Source: a virus (lineage: Duplodnaviria; Caudoviricetes). From it: 56,225 bases of DNA. A program made the translations under genes and the position numbers. The stretch covers positions 1 to 56,225 of the IMG/VR virus record IMGVR_UViG_3300044614_000423. One strand, 5' to 3'. The notes under the pieces are model-generated. The model saw nothing but the letters and a program-made list of their open reading frames with translations. It searched no databases and was not told the DNA's origin. Below, piece by piece: positions 10,116 to 20,657 of this stretch (its first letter is position 1; the number at the start of each line of letters is the position of its first letter).

Positions 10116-10144
10116 TTGACCAAATGTCAAAGACATGTTATAAT
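10116..10144 (+). promoter_or_regulatory. sigma70-type promoter for tail/ejection genes
   Basis: TTGACC-N17-TATAAT with extended TG, in an intergenic gap. Confidence 0.75.
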
Positions 10145-10179
10145 TTCGTCCAACGTTGCCATTCGTGTGAAGGACTTCT

Positions 10180-10815
10180 ATGACTGCCGCGTCGGTGATG
10201 ACCTACGACTCTCTTGTTGAAAACATCCAGTCCTATCTGGAGCGTAACGACACCTCGACTCTCGACAAGATCCCCCTTTTCATCATGCTCGCCGAGCAGG
10301 TGATCGCATCCAAGATCAAATTCCTCGGAAACCTAACCGTCAACACCAGCACTATGGTGGCCAACAATGCCGTGATCGCGAAACCCGCCCGGTGGCACAA
10401 GACGGTATCGATGAATATTACAGTAGCTGGTCAGCGCGAACCGGTGCTCCTGCGCAAGTACGAATACCTCCGTAACTATGCTCCGGATCCCACTGCTACT
10501 GGTATGCCCAAGTATTACGCGGACTACGACTACTCGAACTGGCTTGTGGCCCCAACGCCTAATGCGGCATATGCTTTCGAAGTACTGTACTACGAACGAG
10601 TACAGCCTTTAGATTCTAGTAACCAGACCAACTGGTTCACTATTTACGCACCACAGGCACTCCTGTACGGCTCGCTCCTGCAAGCGATGCCATTCCTGAA
10701 AAACGACGATCGCGTACCGATGTGGCAATCGCAGTATGAAGCTATTATGGCCACGCTTGCGGAAGAAGATAAACTTCGCCTCGCTGATCGTCAAGCCATT
10801 GCGGTGGATTCATGA
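10180..10815 (+). CDS. Putative tail adaptor / tail tubular protein A-like
   Basis: 211 aa; PKYYA, LVAPTP and ALLYGSL motifs typical of podovirus adaptors. Confidence 0.65.
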   Translation: MTAASVMTYDSLVENIQSYLERNDTSTLDKIPLFIMLAEQVIASKIKFLGNLTVNTSTMVANNAVIAKPARWHKTVSMNITVAGQREPVLLRKYEYLRNYAPDPTATGMPKYYADYDYSNWLVAPTPNAAYAFEVLYYERVQPLDSSNQTNWFTIYAPQALLYGSLLQAMPFLKNDDRVPMWQSQYEAIMATLAEEDKLRLADRQAIAVDS

Positions 10816-12047
10816 GTTACGTCAGCCCTTTCACCGGCGACGTCATCCAACCAACGGATGTAAGCTATCGCGCCGTTACGCTAACAACAAATACCCAGCT
10901 CAACTGGCCATCGAATAGTACCACCAACACTGACTACGCCGCCCGGATCATGCAAGTGACGGCCAGTGGTGCGGGTTTAAGCATGTTCATGCCTCCGGCG
11001 AACCAAGCCTCGGTCGGCAATGATGCACTCATTCGCAACATAGGCGCGAATACCTTTACGGTCAAAGACTACGCCGGTACTAATACTATTGTATCGGTAG
11101 CGGCTGGTGAGTCGAAATATATATACATTACCTCGAATCCCGACGCTCAGGGCACTTGGGGCGTGATCGCATTCGGTACTGGTACATCGTCAGCTGACGC
11201 CGCGACGCTTGCTGGGTACGGGTTAGTCGCCAGTGGTGCGACGCTTAACCAAAGCCACCCGAGCGCGGCGATCACCACCGGTACGACTTTTGCCGCAACA
11301 GATCGCGCACAGACTAGGGTGTGGTCGAGTGGTTCCGGAACCGCAACGCTCCCGGCCGCCGCGACGCTCGGAAACAACTGGTTCACGCTATTCAAGAATA
11401 ACGGCACAGGATCATTCACGATTTCCTGCTCGGGGGCCGAGCTGATTGACGGGAACAGCACGAAAACGTTTAACCCGACGGAATCCGCGTTTATTGTGTG
11501 TACGGGTACGGCCTACGTCACCGTCGGCTACGGCGTCAGTACTCAATTTGCCTTCACCGCGTTGACTAAGAATGTGACTGGTGGTGCTGTAACGCTTACG
11601 AACAATGAAGCGGCGAATAACATTCAGGAGTACGTGGGGTCTTTAACTAGCAACGTTACGGTCACATTCCCACCAATCGTAAACTTGTATGTCATCTCGA
11701 ACCAAACGACCGATAATGGCTTTAGTCTGACTGTCACGACGGGTTTGGGGTTTAGTGCAACAGTGCCGCCCGGTCAGCAAGCCACATTGATATGCGACGG
11801 GGTTAACTTTCTCAACGCTAACACGACTCAAGCTGGTGCGACTACGGTAAGCTTATTGAACGGTACTGTCGGCACTCCATCGCTGAACTTCGCGGCAGAG
11901 ACTGGTACTGGATTGTACCGCCCCGGTGCGGGAGAACTAGCTATCGCCGTTCTTGGCACGAAACGTGTCGGAGTGACCGCTACGGGTGTGTCTGTTACTG
12001 GGTCCGGTACGTTCACTACGGGCATCGCGGGAGGCACGTTCACATGA
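10812..12047 (+). CDS. Tail structural protein
   Basis: 411 aa, T/G/S/N rich, beta-structured; coupled to neighbours by ATGA overlaps. Confidence 0.7.
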   Translation: MSYVSPFTGDVIQPTDVSYRAVTLTTNTQLNWPSNSTTNTDYAARIMQVTASGAGLSMFMPPANQASVGNDALIRNIGANTFTVKDYAGTNTIVSVAAGESKYIYITSNPDAQGTWGVIAFGTGTSSADAATLAGYGLVASGATLNQSHPSAAITTGTTFAATDRAQTRVWSSGSGTATLPAAATLGNNWFTLFKNNGTGSFTISCSGAELIDGNSTKTFNPTESAFIVCTGTAYVTVGYGVSTQFAFTALTKNVTGGAVTLTNNEAANNIQEYVGSLTSNVTVTFPPIVNLYVISNQTTDNGFSLTVTTGLGFSATVPPGQQATLICDGVNFLNANTTQAGATTVSLLNGTVGTPSLNFAAETGTGLYRPGAGELAIAVLGTKRVGVTATGVSVTGSGTFTTGIAGGTFT

Positions 12048-14026
12048 CCAAAAAGGTCTTCGCCCTCGACACCAAACCCGGCGTTCAACGTGATGGTACG
12101 GTATTCGACAAGCAGTTTTACAACTCCGGCCGTTGGGTACGCTTCCAACGTGGACGCCCCCGCAAGATCGGTGGATTTCGCGAGATCGTGAACGACCTAG
12201 CTGGACCCTCCCGTGGTATCTACCTAAATCCACAGCAGAATTTCAACAACGTTTTTAACGGGTACGCTGGCGGATTGCAATTGCTTCCGATCAACAACGC
12301 GGGTACAGGGTCTGGTATTACCGACATGACTCTCACTGGGTTCACAGCAAATGTGAACAATTTGTGGCAATTCGACGCGTTTTTCGACGTCAGCGGATCT
12401 GGTAACAACCTCCTGCTGGCGCATCCGGGCCAAAATGGGACTTTGATCGACAATAATGTGAACACCCCGGTGTTGGGTGGCAATATTACTGGCACGAGCA
12501 TGGCTCCAATTGGTGTGTTCACCCAAGTCGCGGCCACGATCACTTCGGGTTCCCCGAACATCACGTTAACCGCCGCGAACATCCTGATCGGGGCTGGTCA
12601 GTCAGTATCGGGCACTGGGATTCCGTCCGGCGCGACTGTGGTTTCAATCAGCACCACCGCGCTGGTGATTTCAGCTCCGGCGACTGCTAATGGTTCATCC
12701 ATTACTCTTACATTCGACAACGTCATCTCGGTATCCGGTGGTGTGGTGACGCTACACCCATACGTCTTCGTTTACGGGAATGACGGACTTATTCGCAATT
12801 CCTCGGCTGGCAACGCTAACGATTGGGTCTCCGCTGATGCCAACGAGGTATCTGCGGCCACTGGTAAGATCGTGCAAGGTCTCCCAGTGCGCGGTGGATC
12901 GAATGCCCCGTCTGGCCTCTTTTGGAGCTTGGATTCACTTATTCGTGTGTCCTACATTGGTGGCGTGGGCACTCCACCACAATTCTGGCGTTACGACTTG
13001 ATCTCTTCTCAATCCTCGATCTTGTCTTCGCAGTCCGTAATCGAGTACGACGGCGTGTATTATTGGTGTGGCGTTGATCGATTCCTACTCTACAACGGTG
13101 TTGTTAAAGAGATCCCCAACACGTTCAATCAGAACTATTTCTTCGACAACTTGAACTACGATGCTCGCGAGAAGGTGTGGGTGACTAAGGTCCCACGATT
13201 TGGTGAAATTTGGTGGTTCTACCCACGTGGCAATGCGACCGAATGTACTGACGCGATTATCTACAATGTGCGCGAAAACTGCTGGTACGATGCTGGCGAG
13301 TCCCCCGGTGCACAGCGTTCAGCGGGTTTCTTCTCGCAAGTCTTCCATTATCCGATTACAGCCGATTGGAACACCAATGCATCCGGTGGTATTCTTACCG
13401 CGATTATTACTAACGCGGGTTCGGGGTACACTAATGGCACATTCAACAACACGCCACTCACTGGTGGGGCTGGTACAGGAGCAACGGCCAACATCACGGT
13501 CGCTGGCGGCATCGTCACATCTGTGGTAATTAACGGCCACGGAGTGAACTACGCGGTTGGCAACACATTGTCAGCTTCGTTAGCAGGTGGCGCGGGATTC
13601 GTACTCACCGTATCAACACTGATGAGCTTCGTGTCGCTATTCCAAAACGAGATCGGAACCGACAAAGTGTCGGGTTCTACCGCCTTAGCTATCGAGTCTT
13701 TCTTCGAGACCAACGACCTCGGATGGGTTGCCGGTGGTCCATCCCAACCGGCTCCAGTGGGTGACAATAAGTGGTTGCGGTTAGAACGTGTCGAACCCGA
13801 TTTCGTACAAAGCGGCGTCATGGAGCTGTATGTTACCGGACGATCATTCGCGCAATCCTCCGATGTCACTAGTACGGCCTACACGTTTGGCCCGAACACG
13901 AACAAAATCGATATGCGCGAGCAACGTCGCGAGTTGCGCTTAAAATTCGTGTCCAATGTGGCTGGTGGTGACTACCAACTCGGTAAAGTAATTCTCGATG
14001 CCGACGTCGGCGATGTGAGACCCTGA
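12044..14026 (+). CDS. Putative tail nozzle / packaged-DNA stabilisation protein (P22 gp10 / T7 gp12-like)
   Basis: 660 aa; WVRFQRGRPRKIGG, FGEIWWFYP, YNVRENCWY; precedes the ejection proteins. Confidence 0.65.
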   Translation: MTKKVFALDTKPGVQRDGTVFDKQFYNSGRWVRFQRGRPRKIGGFREIVNDLAGPSRGIYLNPQQNFNNVFNGYAGGLQLLPINNAGTGSGITDMTLTGFTANVNNLWQFDAFFDVSGSGNNLLLAHPGQNGTLIDNNVNTPVLGGNITGTSMAPIGVFTQVAATITSGSPNITLTAANILIGAGQSVSGTGIPSGATVVSISTTALVISAPATANGSSITLTFDNVISVSGGVVTLHPYVFVYGNDGLIRNSSAGNANDWVSADANEVSAATGKIVQGLPVRGGSNAPSGLFWSLDSLIRVSYIGGVGTPPQFWRYDLISSQSSILSSQSVIEYDGVYYWCGVDRFLLYNGVVKEIPNTFNQNYFFDNLNYDAREKVWVTKVPRFGEIWWFYPRGNATECTDAIIYNVRENCWYDAGESPGAQRSAGFFSQVFHYPITADWNTNASGGILTAIITNAGSGYTNGTFNNTPLTGGAGTGATANITVAGGIVTSVVINGHGVNYAVGNTLSASLAGGAGFVLTVSTLMSFVSLFQNEIGTDKVSGSTALAIESFFETNDLGWVAGGPSQPAPVGDNKWLRLERVEPDFVQSGVMELYVTGRSFAQSSDVTSTAYTFGPNTNKIDMREQRRELRLKFVSNVAGGDYQLGKVILDADVGDVRP

Positions 14027-14286
14027 TGGCTGAAATTCTCAATCCCGCCCAAGTCTATGATCCTCGCTACCACACTTTCGAGTCGTGGGCGAGTCTTATG
14101 TGCGAACTGTATGCACCCCAACAGCTCTCGATTCCTGACGCCAACACTGACTGGAAACAATGGGCGGCGGGCCTCAAAGCTATCGATGTATTTACGAATG
14201 AAGGCATTCCCGGACCCTATCAATTCGATGACTGGATGGAGTGGGCTGAGGAACTCGTCAACGCTGTGAACCCTGCGGTGAACTAA
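14026..14286 (+). CDS. Trp-rich hypothetical protein
   Basis: 86 aa, TGATG coupling. Confidence 0.7.
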   Translation: MAEILNPAQVYDPRYHTFESWASLMCELYAPQQLSIPDANTDWKQWAAGLKAIDVFTNEGIPGPYQFDDWMEWAEELVNAVNPAVN

Positions 14287-14287
14287 T

Positions 14288-17200
14288 ATGGCACTCAGAG
14301 ATTTTAATATCAGATACGACTTCGAGGACAACGGCGATTTCAACTTTTTCGGCGATGCATACGATCTATTCCCCGGCCTGAATACGTCCCCATTGGCGCA
14401 AGTCGCCCCAGCGCCCGCCGAGACAGATTATTTCGCTAATCAATTTGCGGATGATTTTAAACAGACGCCAGTATCTCCCCTCGCCTCAGTCGCCGCAGAA
14501 TCCGCACCATCCATTCCTCAATCATTCATCGACGCTGAACAACGCGCTTATGAAGATCAACAAATGGTTTTCAGGGATTCGCAAGCAAGGGCACAGGCAC
14601 TCGCCGAACAGCAAGCCGAAGCACAACGTCAGGCGGAAATAGCCGCTGAAGCCGCGAGACGACAAGCAATCGAAGACGCATTTTACGAACAACAGGCAAG
14701 AGCACAAGCTCAACAGCAAGCGGAAGCGCAACGCCAAGCTGAACAACAGGCTGAAGCGCAACGCCAAGCTCAATTAGCTCAACAGGCTGAAGCACAACGC
14801 CAAGCTCTACTAGCTCAACAGCAAGCGGAAGCCGCAAGACAAGCGGAACTTGCAGAGCAAGCTAGACAAGCGCAGTTGGCTGAGCAACGAGCTTATGAAG
14901 ATCAACAAAGAACTTACTTAGAAAATCAAGCTCGCCAAGAAGCCGCACGGGTCGCCGCAGAACAAGAGGCGGCTAGACAAGGTGCACTTCGGCAAGCAGA
15001 AGCTCAACGGCTCGCCGCTGAACAAGAAGCCGCACGGGTCGCCGCAGAACAAGAAGTAGCTAGACAGGGCGCACTCCAACAAGCCGAAGCCGCACGGCAA
15101 GCTGAATTAGCTCAACAGGCTGAAGCGGCGAGGTCGGCCGCCGTCGCTGATGCACCCGCCTCCCGATCACTTTCAGAGTCTGCTGGTGCGTTGGAGCGAG
15201 CCACATCTGAGCTTGGGGATAGTCGAGATGATCCGGTGTCTCGTGTTGATTCTATCGATAGGAGAAATGCAGAATCTGAAGCAAGATTCGAAGCTAATCT
15301 GACATCTGAAGACAGAAAAAACATCGAAACGGCTAATAAATTAGCTACCCAGATTCTTGACCAAAAATTGACCGACAAGTGGACCGGTCAGGGATATGGC
15401 AATGCCGAAGCTAACGCTCGCGACATGGGCAAGATTCTGGCTAGCATTGGTATCACGGACATTAAAGACTTCGGAAAAATCACCAAGACTGTTGATGCCG
15501 AAGTGACTCCACAATATGAGCGTACAATTTCCGGATACGATAACGAGGGAAACCCGATCGTCGATTCAAAAATCGTCGGGTACACGGACCAGTCGGGTAA
15601 CACAGTCGACGCTAGTCTAGTCAAAACCGAATTTGTGAGTGATGGCGAAACCGGGCGAACAGCTTATATGGCTCCCGTAGGCAAGCAAGAAGTGTTCGGT
15701 AATAAGCTCACAGGTCAAGAAGTCCCAAATACTTACAGCGAACGCCAGACTGGTAACTTCTTCGGTGGTACATTCGCCGGTAAAGGTAACACTGGTTACG
15801 GTGTTCAGTTCGATGCCAAAGGAAATCCTTACTTTTACACTGTCGGTGCGTCTTCTAATGATCTAGCGAATTTGATGCAAGATCTTGGTCCACTGGGTCA
15901 GATTGCGATTGCCGTCGCCACTGGTGGATTATCAATCCCACAGCAGATAGCCGCGAACTTAGCAATCAATGTGCTTAGTGGAAAAGATATCGGTGATGCG
16001 ATTAAGGGTGCGGCGATCAGCTATGCGGGAGCGCAGATACCCGGCCTTGAAGCGATTAAAGAGGGTACTAGCTTTCTAAACGGCATCGATTCGACTGGTG
16101 TGCTCGCTAATGCGTTTCAAAACGCCGCAGTATCAGGCGGCACAGCGTTGTTGAGCGGCAGAGACATCGGCGACGCCATGATGAAGGGTGCTATATCCGG
16201 CGGCACTTCGGGTGCGGTAAATGCGCTCATGGGTAACATCGACGGATTTAAAGACCTGACTCCAGCGCAGAAAAATATGGCAATTAATGCCGTCACCGGA
16301 GTGATCTCGGGTCAGCCGTTAGACCAGATCGTCATAAATACTGCGATTGCCGCCGCGAATAATGCGATAGCTCAAGCTAAAAACGAAAACACCGTCATCG
16401 ACCCGTATTTCACACCTTCTACCGATACGACTTCTACTGGTGCGGGGGTGTTCGTACAGGCGAAGCAAGCCGGTGCTACCGACGCGGAAGCTTTGAGTGC
16501 CGCAAATGCTGTCACTGGAGCTAGTACGAACGTCAGTGCTCCGGCGACCACGCCAGACGTGGATACCACTGCCACCAATACTCAGGTCACCAATAACACG
16601 GTGACAGGCGGCACTGGTAGCGATAACGCGACTACTAGCACAATTGGTGGCTTTGATCAAGGTGAATTCGAGGGCGTTGATCGAGCGATTGAACAGCAGT
16701 CTCGTAATACTGAAGTCGAAAGGTTAGTAACCGCCTATGAAAAAACGACTGGAAAATCCTTCGCTAAACTCACCGACAAAGAGGTAGCGGCGTTGGCGTA
16801 TACGGCCAACTCAATGACCGTCGATGAACTCAAGAACGCGTCGATTCAAGACATTTTAAATAAAGTACCCGCTATTGTCGGAAAGGATGATCAAGGCCGA
16901 TGGGTCGATGACAAGGGCTTCGCCTATGATGAACGTGGATTTAGATACGCGCCGGGTAACACGGTCCCGATGTTCGATGTTGTCGGTGTAGGAAATACTG
17001 GTACGCCTACAGCGGCTCAAAATCTAGATACGGCTGGTAACAATTTAGTTAATTGGGCGAACACACTCGAAGGCACTTCTGGTGATGTGGTTCGTCAAAC
17101 TCTGTCGACGCTGATTGGTGCGGGTGGCGAACAAATTGCTGACCTTGGCACTGCACTGGCCAATATGGGAGTGGCCGAACGTTATAACTTGCTTGTGCAA

Positions 17201-19651
17201 CTGGGTCAGGCACTCGAAGGTACTGGGCAAAAGCTCGAGATACCCGGTGTCACTCAAGCCACTGAGAATTTCTGGAACGATATCCAAGGGGCGGATACGT
17301 ACGCTGGAAAGGCGGCCGCCGCGATCAGGTCCGTTCTCAACAACCCATTGGTGCTCACTCAAGTCGCTAAAGAAGGCCTCCAAGAGGTGCTTCCGATCGT
17401 TACCGGTGGTGCGGTATTTAAAATACTAGGTAAAGGCGCAGGTATCGCTACTGACGTTCTAATGAACGCTTCGGAATCCATGGGTTCGCAATCTCGCCAA
17501 AAGTTTAATGAAGAGATCGCCAAGGGCACACCAGTCGATGAGGCTGAGAGGCTGGCCAACGCTGACGGATGGAAGGCGTTTGCTATTACGACTGTTACAG
17601 CGGGACTTGCCGATGCGTCGCTTGTCAAAGGTTACGAAAAAGCGATGGAGAAGTTATTTGGCAAGACTACCACGTCGGTCGGCAAAGAGTGGGCGGAAGA
17701 AGGTTTCGAAGAACTGGCGGTTGCACTTGCTACCGGTGATGACCTTGCGACCGCTATGTCAAAATCTATTGCGGGTAGCACCATAGGCTCTAAAACCTCT
17801 GGTACATTCACTGCTGGTTCTAGCGTCTCCGCAGATATTCAACAAGCATTCGCGTCCGAAGGCCTCACATCCTCCGATGGATCATTCCGTCCCGAAACTA
17901 TTACTAAAATCACCGATGCGAGCACGGCGGGTGCTACTAACACCACTCCCGATGTGGTGACTGGCGGCGCAGATACCGTTGCGGGCACAGATTTCTCGAC
18001 GATCTTCTTGAATACTGGAGATTTAACGCAAGCCATTGATACATCAATTGGCTCCGCGATTAACAGTGGTGTCGATCCAAGCGTCGCGATCACATCAGTC
18101 ATCAACGCCGCGAACAGTGTTGGGGCTGACCCGAACACGGTGGCTGTTGCCGCCGTCAATGCCGCCACAACTGCCACTACTGCACCGTCAACGGCCACTA
18201 CTGCGCCAGCTACGGCCACTACTGCGCCAGCTACAGTGACTACTGCACCGTCAACGGCCACTACTGCGCCAGCTACGGTGACTACTGCACCGTCAACGGC
18301 CACTACTGCGCCAGCTACTGCGACACCGACAACGGCCGGTATTGATACGACTGTGTCGAACACCGTTGCTACTGCCATCAGCTCCGGGACAAATCCGGCC
18401 ACTGCTGTCAATTCCGCTGTTACTACTGCAGTAAGTGCTGGTACTAATCCGGTCGTGGCTATTGGCTCCGCTGTGACCGCGGCAGTAAACGCTGGGACAG
18501 ATCCAACAACTGCTGTGACTGCGGCGGTGACTGCGGCTACAAATTCGGGCGTTGACATGACTGTTGCGACTAATGCCGCGAACAACGCCGCGAACAATGC
18601 CGCGACTGCGGCCGCCGGGATCACTACCAACACTACGGTGGATTCCGGCGCAAATACGACGACGACTACTACGACCAACGCGAATAATAATACAACGACT
18701 ATAGTCAGCACGAACACGAACACGGGCGCAACGACCACTACTAACACTAACAACAACACCGGGATAGACACCAGCATCACCCAAAACCCTGATACCAACA
18801 CTACGAACAAAACGGTAACCAACACTAACACCGATTTGACAGTTAGTGTGAACATTGACGACTCCACCGGCGCAGTCGTAAGTATTAATGGCCCCGGTAC
18901 TGTGATCGACAAAGACACTGTGGTGGTCGATGGTACTCCGATTGACGTGAATACCGGTGAAATTCTGTCACCGGAAGAAGTCGAGAAGCGCAAAAAGGCG
19001 GCAGTCAATAAGACCCCTGTCAGCCCAAGTAGACCCCCCAGCGGAACAGGCAATATAACCATTACTGAACCCACCTACGCCGCCAAAAAGAGTGACATTG
19101 CCGAGACTTGGCTCGGAGGTCGATTCCGTAACATCGCGCCCCTCGCTGGACTCGGCGCATTACTTCCACAAGACTCACCTATGTTTCAAGAAGCACAAGC
19201 AATCTCGGCACTACGCCGCGCCTCTGGGATCGATAACGAGGCCAAGACCCCCGAGGCCGACTATTACGCCTATGGCACTGAACCCTCCTACGCCAAGGTC
19301 CTTGAACCGTTCATGAATGGGGGGACTGTACAGAAATATGCCGAAGGTGGTAAAATAATGGCTTCTCCACTAATGGCGGCGTCGGGCGGCGATGTACCAC
19401 ACAAAGGCTCACACTACGTACAGGGCGCGGGCGGCGGTCAGGACGATCTCATCCCCGCCCAGCTCGCCGACGGCGAGTACGTGTTCGACGCGGATATCGT
19501 GGCGGCACTGGGTGACGGCTCGAACAAAGAGGGTGCCAAAAAGCTGGACGCGATGCGGGAAGCGATCCGCAAGCACAAGCGCGGCGGTTCCATCAAATCA
19601 ATTCCTCCAGCGGCTAAATCGCCCTTGGCATATCTGAAAGGCGTATTATGA
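14288..19651 (+). CDS. Very large putative internal virion/ejection protein
   Basis: 1787 aa: EQAR coiled-coil repeats, T/A/N low-complexity region, C-terminal xxGG motifs and a DDLIPAQLADGEYV domain. Confidence 0.7.
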   Translation: MALRDFNIRYDFEDNGDFNFFGDAYDLFPGLNTSPLAQVAPAPAETDYFANQFADDFKQTPVSPLASVAAESAPSIPQSFIDAEQRAYEDQQMVFRDSQARAQALAEQQAEAQRQAEIAAEAARRQAIEDAFYEQQARAQAQQQAEAQRQAEQQAEAQRQAQLAQQAEAQRQALLAQQQAEAARQAELAEQARQAQLAEQRAYEDQQRTYLENQARQEAARVAAEQEAARQGALRQAEAQRLAAEQEAARVAAEQEVARQGALQQAEAARQAELAQQAEAARSAAVADAPASRSLSESAGALERATSELGDSRDDPVSRVDSIDRRNAESEARFEANLTSEDRKNIETANKLATQILDQKLTDKWTGQGYGNAEANARDMGKILASIGITDIKDFGKITKTVDAEVTPQYERTISGYDNEGNPIVDSKIVGYTDQSGNTVDASLVKTEFVSDGETGRTAYMAPVGKQEVFGNKLTGQEVPNTYSERQTGNFFGGTFAGKGNTGYGVQFDAKGNPYFYTVGASSNDLANLMQDLGPLGQIAIAVATGGLSIPQQIAANLAINVLSGKDIGDAIKGAAISYAGAQIPGLEAIKEGTSFLNGIDSTGVLANAFQNAAVSGGTALLSGRDIGDAMMKGAISGGTSGAVNALMGNIDGFKDLTPAQKNMAINAVTGVISGQPLDQIVINTAIAAANNAIAQAKNENTVIDPYFTPSTDTTSTGAGVFVQAKQAGATDAEALSAANAVTGASTNVSAPATTPDVDTTATNTQVTNNTVTGGTGSDNATTSTIGGFDQGEFEGVDRAIEQQSRNTEVERLVTAYEKTTGKSFAKLTDKEVAALAYTANSMTVDELKNASIQDILNKVPAIVGKDDQGRWVDDKGFAYDERGFRYAPGNTVPMFDVVGVGNTGTPTAAQNLDTAGNNLVNWANTLEGTSGDVVRQTLSTLIGAGGEQIADLGTALANMGVAERYNLLVQLGQALEGTGQKLEIPGVTQATENFWNDIQGADTYAGKAAAAIRSVLNNPLVLTQVAKEGLQEVLPIVTGGAVFKILGKGAGIATDVLMNASESMGSQSRQKFNEEIAKGTPVDEAERLANADGWKAFAITTVTAGLADASLVKGYEKAMEKLFGKTTTSVGKEWAEEGFEELAVALATGDDLATAMSKSIAGSTIGSKTSGTFTAGSSVSADIQQAFASEGLTSSDGSFRPETITKITDASTAGATNTTPDVVTGGADTVAGTDFSTIFLNTGDLTQAIDTSIGSAINSGVDPSVAITSVINAANSVGADPNTVAVAAVNAATTATTAPSTATTAPATATTAPATVTTAPSTATTAPATVTTAPSTATTAPATATPTTAGIDTTVSNTVATAISSGTNPATAVNSAVTTAVSAGTNPVVAIGSAVTAAVNAGTDPTTAVTAAVTAATNSGVDMTVATNAANNAANNAATAAAGITTNTTVDSGANTTTTTTTNANNNTTTIVSTNTNTGATTTTNTNNNTGIDTSITQNPDTNTTNKTVTNTNTDLTVSVNIDDSTGAVVSINGPGTVIDKDTVVVDGTPIDVNTGEILSPEEVEKRKKAAVNKTPVSPSRPPSGTGNITITEPTYAAKKSDIAETWLGGRFRNIAPLAGLGALLPQDSPMFQEAQAISALRRASGIDNEAKTPEADYYAYGTEPSYAKVLEPFMNGGTVQKYAEGGKIMASPLMAASGGDVPHKGSHYVQGAGGGQDDLIPAQLADGEYVFDADIVAALGDGSNKEGAKKLDAMREAIRKHKRGGSIKSIPPAAKSPLAYLKGVL
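18176..18322 (+). repeat. 7 x 21-bp tandem repeat encoding TTAP(S/A)T(A/V)
   Basis: actactgcaccgtcaacggcc / actactgcgccagctacggcc-type units read directly. Confidence 0.9.
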
Positions 19652-20649
19652 GTATATTTCAAGGCGATCCCCTACCGAATATTGACACGACCAAGGTAGT
19701 CGATACCACTGGTCCGGATTGGTACACGACATATCTTGAAGGACTTGCGAAGCCCGGCACGGAATTGCTTGGCAAGACCGGCACGGATTTGGTCGCCCCC
19801 ATGTCCGGATTGCAAACGGATGTGCTCGATGTCGCTAAATCTGGCGGCATTGGCGGATACGAGGGCATGCTGGGTGAAGCTAAAGATACGTCGAGACTCG
19901 CCGCCGCTGGCGTTACCCCCGAGATGATTCAGGGCTTCATGAATCCTTACACGTCGAGTGTGGTGGACGAAATGGAGAGACTCCAACAGCAAAGTATGCA
20001 ACGCTCGCTGATTCCGTCTTTGAAAGGCGCGTTCGCTGGCACTGGTGGTATGGGCAGTCAGCGTATGTTCGGCGCGATGGGTCAAATGGGGGCTGACGCT
20101 CAGGCGAATCTGCTTGGGGCGCAGACCAAAGCTCTATCGTCGGGCTACGACAGTGCGTTGAAGGCCGCAATGGACCAATCGGGACTGTACCGTAGTGCCG
20201 CCGAAACCCAACGAGGACTTGCCGGATCGGAACTCGATCTGAAGCTCAAAGAATTAGAGCGCATGTACAATTTGGGTGGCGAAGAGCAGAAGCTGGAGCA
20301 AACCGGAATCATGGCACCACTAGCCGCCGCGACTGGGGCGGCCAACGTGTTCTCGAATGTTAAAGTACCAAGTACTGTATCCGAGAAAGCTAGTGCCCCG
20401 ATCCCCGGAGCATATTCCACATCGCCACTCGCAACAATCGCAGGCCTTGGTTCACTGTTCGCATCAGGTTCCGGTGGTACAAGTGCCGCGACGGGATTTG
20501 GCAATGCGTTTGGTGCGCTGGGTACATCACTTGGTAAACTATTTAGTAGCCCGAGCTTCGACTCATACTTCACGGGTGGTAACAGTGGCTTCACTGGACA
20601 AACCGACGAATTCGGCGGCATGGAAGAACCTCGAGCACCCGGCGGATAA
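19648..20649 (+). CDS. Putative DNA transfer/ejection protein
   Basis: G/A/S rich, FMNPYT motif, glycine-rich hydrophobic C-terminus; typical podovirus position. Confidence 0.65.
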   Translation: MSIFQGDPLPNIDTTKVVDTTGPDWYTTYLEGLAKPGTELLGKTGTDLVAPMSGLQTDVLDVAKSGGIGGYEGMLGEAKDTSRLAAAGVTPEMIQGFMNPYTSSVVDEMERLQQQSMQRSLIPSLKGAFAGTGGMGSQRMFGAMGQMGADAQANLLGAQTKALSSGYDSALKAAMDQSGLYRSAAETQRGLAGSELDLKLKELERMYNLGGEEQKLEQTGIMAPLAAATGAANVFSNVKVPSTVSEKASAPIPGAYSTSPLATIAGLGSLFASGSGGTSAATGFGNAFGALGTSLGKLFSSPSFDSYFTGGNSGFTGQTDEFGGMEEPRAPGG

Positions 20650-20657
20650 GGACTATC

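Noticed and set aside
17839-19074. 411-aa minus-strand ORF and other long antisense ORFs (20145-21002, 36836-37732, 43017-43787)
   Set aside because: These are shadows of low-complexity or codon-biased + strand genes, without promoter or RBS support.
14288-19651. Siphovirus tape measure protein
   Set aside because: No tail tube, tail chaperone or baseplate genes were recognised; the nozzle-plus-ejection gene order fits a podovirus.
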